A DNA stretch of 64,000 bases from Octopus vulgaris (lineage: Eukaryota): the NCBI GenBank assembly GCA_951406725.2, contig CATOCA020000009.1, forward strand, positions 61,001 to 125,000, written 5' to 3'. The first letter of the stretch is position 1; every line of letters starts with the position of its first letter. Both the position numbers and the translations under genes were made by a program. Shown here piece after piece: positions 12,516 through 64,000 of this stretch. The notes under the pieces are model-generated. The model was not told where the DNA came from. It saw only the letters and a list, made by a program, of their open reading frames with translations, and searched no databases.

Positions 12516-13002
12516 ATGTATATAAAGGTGCATGGGCCATTGGTTCGGTGCGTTGTATCCACGAGAAAGACACTTTCAGTGCACTCATCTGAAAAGGAGT
12601 ACCAGCAACAACCAAGGGTTAATCTTACGACAAACAGGCATCTCGTTCAGTGGGGAGACTTGTATCCTCGGATGTTAAAATACGTTGGATACCGAGATAT
12701 TGCAGCCTAACTAGTCTAACTTCAATGTAGACATTTTGGCATGTGCAGTCACGTGTTGTTGTGACATTTGTGCAGTGAAAGTAGACATGAATGTGTAAAA
12801 GACAGATGGAATATAATTGTTTGTGAAACATTCATTGCTAGAACAACGAGAGTTGAAAGACCTAATAATGTTAATTAGATAAACGATTATAAATCTTATC
12901 AGTTGGATATATCTTGCAGGTTTTCAACTTTTTAGTGGCATGTTTAAAATAAGAGATGAAATCACTGCCCCTCCAGGCCGTATTTGAACTTAGACTACAG
13001 TA

Positions 13003-13016
13003 TTACATTATTTCAT
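13003..13016 (-). CDS. Candidate terminal coding exon of the aGPCR (…N-E-I-M-stop)
   Basis: Strong acceptor ttgcttttgtttttttag in unique sequence; phase 1 gives a stop after 4 codons; alternative acceptor near 8155. Confidence 0.3.
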
Positions 13017-13821
13017 CTAAAAAAACAAAAGCAAGCAATAAGTCAGATTTAATCCTTTATTCAACATATTTTAAGGCTTACATTGATTACATTAAAGTGG
13101 CAATAAGAAAGAATATCAACACAGTTTCAAATCAAAACAACATTTTCTGTTTTCCTGTGTTTCAAGCAATAGGCTAAATAGAAATGTTACGACGGGTCAC
13201 AGGATACAGATATAGAGTAATAAAAAAAGCCGAAAACTAAACATTTAAGATTATATTATTGTGGATTATGCAGTCTCTCGGTTGCCTAGTGGTGAACCGA
13301 AAGGTACAAATATAGTTTCTTAACAAGCAAATATATTGAATATTTATATTTAATATTATATATTTATATTCCGTCGAGGTCGACTTTGCTTTCATCCTTT
13401 CGGGATGGATGAATTAGGTACCAGTTGCGTACTGGGGTCAATCTAATCGACTGGCCCCCACCCCCAACATTTCCGACCTAGTTCCTAGAGAAAAAAATAG
13501 TATATATTCATATTTAATATTCATACTTAAGAGTATATATTTATATTTAATATTAATATTTATATTTAATATTATATATTCATATTTAAGAGTATTTATT
13601 TATATTTAATATTATACATTTATATTTAATATCATATATGGAGAAAATATTATTTTATGACGTAAAATATTATCGAAGGCGATTTTTGAAGGCACTTTTT
13701 CAATTTTCACTTAGAAGTTTGTTTCTGCTCTTCTATCCTCGATTTCATTACCAAATCCTGGAAACACGAGAAAACGATATAAAAAATATTAATTTTAAAC
13801 TTGTTAATTCCTGGATTGTAT

Positions 13822-13877
<56 letters not shown>

Positions 13878-13970
13878 CATATATATATATATATATATAT
13901 ATTTACATATATATATATATATATATATATTACATATATATAGTTATATATATATATATAGTTATATATA

Positions 13971-14023
<53 letters not shown>

Positions 14024-14025
<2 letters not shown>

Positions 14026-14763
14026 TAATCAATATAGGGTGGCAAAAAAAATTTTGCAGAATTCTTTTGCCACCAGCGGCCTAGTGGGAAAAAATTAAAT
14101 AGTCATAAACCATTTTTAAGTTCAACATCACAATCAAGGAACGGCCATAATAGGCCATTCACCCACTAGAAATAACAGCCAAAAGCTTTAACCGCAAAAT
14201 AACATTAATTCCGTAAACCAGGAGAAAATTGAAAAACATTTACCCTGTAATTTCTTAGACGATGCACCGTTTCATCTACCGTTTAATGGTAAACTAACCT
14301 GATTAAATTAAATCAAGCCAATCCACCATAGGCCCTTTGACTCATCAGTAAGAAATAGCCAAGTCGGAACAGATATTTTTCACGAGGCATTCCTCTTGCT
14401 ACCTCGGCAATATCTGACCTAAAATTTTCAAATCGTCGCACTCGCGCCAAATTTATCGGCAGCAAATAAATATAAGCCACCGATTCCATTACGGAACTAA
14501 CCAGAAAATTCATAATTAATCAATATAGGGTGGCAAAAAAAATTTTGTAGAATTCTTTTGCCACCAGCGCTAGTGGGAAAAAATTAAATAGTCATAAACC
14601 ATTTTTAAGTTCAACATCACAATCAAGGAACGGCCATAATAGGCCATTCACCCACTAGAAATAACAGCCAAAAGCTTTAACCGCAAAATAACATTAATTC
14701 CGTAAACCAGGAGAAAATTGAAAAACATTTACCCTGTAATTTCTTAGACGATGCACCGTTTCA
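14024..14763 (-). mobile_element. Retrozyme/pLTR-like element: 1.5 copies of a 491-bp unit, embedded in (TA)n
   Basis: 14024-14274 repeats at 14515-14763; contains an HHR; no ORF. Confidence 0.85.
14250..14356 (-). ncRNA. Type I hammerhead ribozyme with 8-bp stem I and long stem II insert
   Basis: atttctta-CTGATGA-gtc…gat-GAAA-cggtgcatcg-TC-taagaaat. Confidence 0.9.
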
Positions 14764-14770
14764 AATATAC

Positions 14771-14803
<33 letters not shown>

Positions 14804-14811
14804 TATAAATA

Positions 14812-14898
<87 letters not shown>

Positions 14899-14953
14899 TG
14901 TATATATATATATATATATTTACATATATATATATGTATATATATATATTTAC

Positions 14954-14984
<31 letters not shown>

Positions 14985-15094
14985 GTTACATATATATATA
15001 TGTATGTATATATATAGTTACATATATATATATGTATATATATATATAGTTAATATATATATTTATATATATATATATATATAGTTAATATATA

Positions 15095-15133
<39 letters not shown>

Positions 15134-15329
15134 TATTTATATATATATATATATATATAGTTAATATATATATTTATATATATATGTATATATATATATA
15201 TAGTTAATATATATATTTATATATATATATATATAGTTAATATATATATTTATATATATATATATTCATATATATATGTATATATTTATATATATATATT
15301 TTAATTTTTATTTTTTATTTGTTTAGTCA

Positions 15330-15668
15330 GAACAAATCGACCCCGGGATTTATTCTTTGTAAGCCCAGTACTTATTCTATCGGTCTCTTTTTGCCGAACC
15401 GCTAAGTGACGGGGACGTAAACACACCAGCATCGGTTGTCAAGCAATGCTAGGGGGACTAACACAGACACAGAAACATACATACATACATATATATACAT
15501 ATATACGTCAGGCTTCTTTCAGTTTCCGTCTACCAAATCCACTCACAAGGCATTGGTCGGCCCGGGGCTATAATAGAAGACACTTGCCCAAGATGCCACG
15601 CAGTGGGACTGAACCCGGAACCATGTGGTTGGTTAGCAAGCTACTTACCACACAGCCACTCCAGCGCC
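15330..15668 (-). mobile_element. tRNA-derived SINE family A
   Basis: Near full-length match to other copies in the window. Confidence 0.85.
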
Positions 15669-15689
15669 TATATATTTATATATATATGT

Positions 15690-16148
15690 GAGAAAAACAA
15701 CTAGTTTTAGATGTTTGAGCGAGAGATATGTAACGGTATCGAACAGTAAGGTTTATTTGTGAACAGAATGTGACAGTCCTACATAGGATGATCTTACTGT
15801 TGTTTAGCCTCAGGAAAACACTTTTTCCAGTAGGCCACCGACATACAGTTTGTGTTCGTCTAGCATAACATGAGCAACGGAGTTCATCGTCCCCATCTCT
15901 AGCCTTTATGATACCCACAGACCTATGTTTCGGGGTTGCTTCCCGTATTCGGTGTGAGATAATCACAGGTCAGTGATGGGAGCTTACTCATCTTGCTCAT
16001 GCTATGTACTTTTTAAAGCGACATAATCGCTGATGCCGTTAAGAGAAATACATCTGGTAGGCAGCAGGAAAGGATGTTTCCCTGGAGCTCAACAACAGTA
16101 ACACGTTCCTGTGGAGGACTGCCACATTCTGTTGACAAATAAACTTTA
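15690..16148 (-). mobile_element. (TA)n-flanked non-coding insert with degenerate HHR at 15914-15958
   Basis: ctcaca-CCGAATA-cggg…cccc-GAAA-catagg-TC-tgtggg. Confidence 0.5.
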
Positions 16149-16160
16149 TTATATATATAC

Positions 16161-16233
<73 letters not shown>

Positions 16234-16318
16234 CATATATATATATACATATATATATATATACATACATATATATATATACATACATATATATATATAC
16301 ATACATATATATATATAT

Positions 16319-16381
<63 letters not shown>

Positions 16382-16486
16382 CATATATACATATATACAC
16401 ATATATACACATACATACATATATACATAGATACATATATACACATACATACATATATACTCATATATACATATATACATACATAT

Positions 16487-16534
<48 letters not shown>

Positions 16535-16746
16535 TTATTTCAATTTGAAAACTCCACCAGAATAGACAAAAGCGCTAATATATGATATAAGTTATATGAT
16601 GTATAAAAACATGTAATATACAAATAAATATCTGTAAATATAAAACCATCCAAATTTCTGAGTACCTCATTTCTTCTAATATTAAATACCTGTACATCAT
16701 CTCCAAACGTTCTAATATATACATATACATATATATATATATATAT

Positions 16747-17815
16747 GTCCCACAAGGCACTGTGTTGGGCCCACTTCTCTTCATCATCTACATAAATGAT
16801 ATTACTGACACCATCAAACACAGCAACATCAGAACCTTCGCTGATGATTCCAAGCTCAGAAGGTCATCAATGGCGTGGATGACCGAATAAACCTTCAGTC
16901 AGACCTACTAGCTGTTGTCCAATGGGCGGAAAAGAATAACATGTTGCTAAATGAAGACAAATTCGAACTGATCCACTTTGGAAGGGAGGACGCTCTGAAA
17001 CTCCCATACTCTCTTCCTTCTGGAGAAATTCTCATGGCATCCAACAACATCAGAGACCTGGGAGTAACAGTGGACAACAACATAAGCTGGGCTACACATA
17101 TAAGCAGCAAAGTTGACATGGCCCGCAGAATGTGTTCCTGGATTCTCAGAACCTTCCAGTCGAGAGATTCCCACGCTATTATCCTTCTCTTCTCCACTTT
17201 TGCCCGACCCCACCTTGAATACTGCTGTCCACTGTGGTCTCCCTACACAAAACAAAATATTATGAGAATTGAAGCTCCCCAAAGGTCAATCACAAAAAAG
17301 ATAGATGGCATGTCAGACCTTGACTACTGGGGTAGACTAGAGAAGCTGAAATTGTATTCACTCCAACGACGCCGTGAACGCTACATTATCTGTATGATGT
17401 GGAAAATATTCCATCAGCACTGTCCGAATGATGTTGGCATCACCTTCAAAATGCATCCAAGGCTTGGACCACGTGCCATCCGTCCACAACAAAAATCTAA
17501 ATCGCATCACATAACGACAATACGGCACAACTATTTCACCTCAATTGGACCCGCTCTCTTCAACATTACACCAGGACACGTCAAAAAAGAAACTGACCAC
17601 ACAAAATTCAAGAAGTCTTTGGACAAATTCCTTCAAACAGTACCGGACAAACCATCCACACCCGGATATGTCTCCGCAAACAATAACTCTCTGCTCGAAT
17701 GGGCCTTGGTGCCCAAATCCTGAACTGAAAGACTTCGCCAGGTGGTGCTATTAAGTTAGACATGGCCTGGGCCAATACTGGCCAAAAACTTTCTAAGTTA
17801 TTCTAAGTTAAGTTA
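16747..17815 (+). mobile_element. CR1-clade LINE, 5'-truncated 3' end
   Basis: VPQGTVLGPLLF, FADD, RDLGV, RPHLEYC, LYSLQRRRER; short-repeat tail (ttctaagtta); one frameshift near 16855. Confidence 0.9.
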
Positions 17816-18156
17816 TATATATATATATATATATAAACGATAAACGTCGCCCTTTTCAAGCCTAGCCAGGCTCATGGGTCCGGTTTCCCGGTTTCTGTGG
17901 CGTATGTGTTCCCCCATCTGGACGACGTCGACAACGAAGACGACACCGACGATGATGATGAAGGTAGTGATTATGATGATGATGATGACGACGATGATTG
18001 CGACGACAACAGCAGTGTTGATATTTTGATGATGTCTATCCTAAAAGTGACTGTGTTGTTAGAAATGGTGTTTGTGATTATCACTATCACGACAATATTG
18101 GCGATGGTTCTCACGGTGCAATGAATAAAAAAGAAACCAACACAAATCGCACTTAC

Positions 18157-62567
<44,411 letters not shown>

Positions 62568-63249
62568 CTGTAATTATAAAAAGAACTCTAACTGAATGCG
62601 CTTCAGACGAACAGAGAAATTCCTGTTAGATTTGACAAGAAGCAAAGATTAGAAAATTCGAACAGGTGTATAAAAGTTATGACATTCATAGTTTTTTGCT
62701 TCCAAATTGTTAATAACATCAATAATTTGAAATGGTTTCTAGTGGAAAGTGAAAATATATTACGCTTCTATTAACTTTTAGCTTACATATTGAATAATAA
62801 AGTATCTTTAAATAAGAAGATTTCTATTCACTTAAAACGATTCCATTTTATTGTGATTTAGGGACATTTTGGGGACGGAAATTTGGTAGTAGCGACTTTG
62901 TGCCGCTCTCTCTGAGAAAAACTCATTTAGATGGGAGGTTTTGGTGTTAAGAAGGTTGTGTTTATTCTGTGCGGCAAATATTTTTTAAGTCAGAGGTTGA
63001 CCAGTGCAGAAACTGAAAAATTACAGTGTTGTACTTCGTTAAGTTTCTGCGGCACAGACATGTATAGTAATGTGCTTATTTAACAAGGGAGAATTTATAT
63101 ACATTTTTCGAAATATCAATTTAAATCTTTTCAGTTTTTCAAACAACAACAGCAATAATGGTTTTAAATTTTGGCACAAGGCCGGCAATTTAGGGTAGGG
63201 GGTAAATAATGAAGTTACCTGAGAGGTAAAAGAAAAATTAAACAGGGCA

Positions 63250-64000
63250 TAGCAGCAAAAACTTGCCGCGTAAAACGGTAGGAAAAACGGGAACGCTTCT
63301 TCCAACAAAATAGAGAATTGAGAATAAACACAAAAAGTTTTTACAGAGAGTTAAACAAAGAAGACTATATCAATAGACATCATGCCAACAATATCAGTGA
63401 TTCAGTTATACTGGGAAGCAATATGGAACAAACCAAAACAATACAACAAAAATACTTAGTGAATTAATAGGGAAACGGGTAGGAAGAACACAATAGAACT
63501 ACAGATATGTCCCACAATCACAGGCCAAGAGATCACGGACAACTGAGGAGTGCCAGCAACTGGAAAACTTTAGGAATAAAGAAGATTCCCAACTTCTAGT
63601 TGAAAGACCTCATCAGTACCCATAACCACGCAGCAACAGCATTCAATTTATTGATGAGCCAGAATCAACATCAAACTGAATGCTGGAAAAATAAAGATAC
63701 CGCACTGCCACATAATTATAGACCAATAATATACCTATCAACATCAAACAAAACCCTAGCATCAGTAATCCATAACCGGCTTATAAAGCATCTGGAAAAC
63801 TACAATGTTTTACCAGAAGTAAAAAAAATGTATCGGATAGGAATGCATGGCTGTAAGGAGCAACCTCTGAGAAACCGAGCCATTACAGAGGACTGTAAGA
63901 GGAGAAAGACAAACTTGAACATGACTTGGATTGATTACTAGAAAGCATTCGACAGCATTCCACACTCATGTATACAGGAATTTCTCCACACGAATAAGAT
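63250..64000 (+). mobile_element. R4/Dong-like RT fragment running off the window edge
   Basis: FYRELN, NYRPI, GCKEQ, WIDY.KAFDSIPH. Confidence 0.8.

Noticed and set aside
14890-15260. CRISPR-like or coded periodic array (tatagttaatatatatattta units)
   Set aside because: Slippage-derived minisatellite within (TA)n; no unique spacers; eukaryotic context
62787-62862. LRR-like LNHNKMESF upstream of a gtaagc donor
   Set aside because: In-frame stops and no acceptor

Overview
AT-rich, microsatellite-dense eukaryotic DNA. The SINE families and repeat landscape point to an octopus/cephalopod genome (inference). The only host gene is a multi-exon adhesion GPCR on the minus strand. I traced 18 GT-AG exons with consistent phases from 62567 to 18157 (about 886 codons); the 5' end lies outside the window and the last exon is uncertain. 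Its ectodomain is unusual: LRR C-terminal cap, Ly6/uPAR three-finger-like domain, a ~90-aa linker domain, HRM, GAIN/GPS (HL|TSFAVLM), then 7TM. One GAIN exon carries a 1-nt deletion in a homopolymer. The rest is transposon-derived: Penelope-like elements (one nearly intact), CR1-, R4/Dong- and RTE-type LINE pieces, an ORF1-only L1/Tx1-like insertion, a Gypsy relic, Tc1/mariner relics, MITEs and two tRNA-derived SINE families. The most striking non-coding signal is a set of at least 7 unrelated type I hammerhead-ribozyme (HHR) elements, mostly inserted in (TA)n. They include 364-nt and 491-nt tandem, highly structured, retrozyme-like units and a palindromic double-hammerhead. All calls were made by eye, without database searches.
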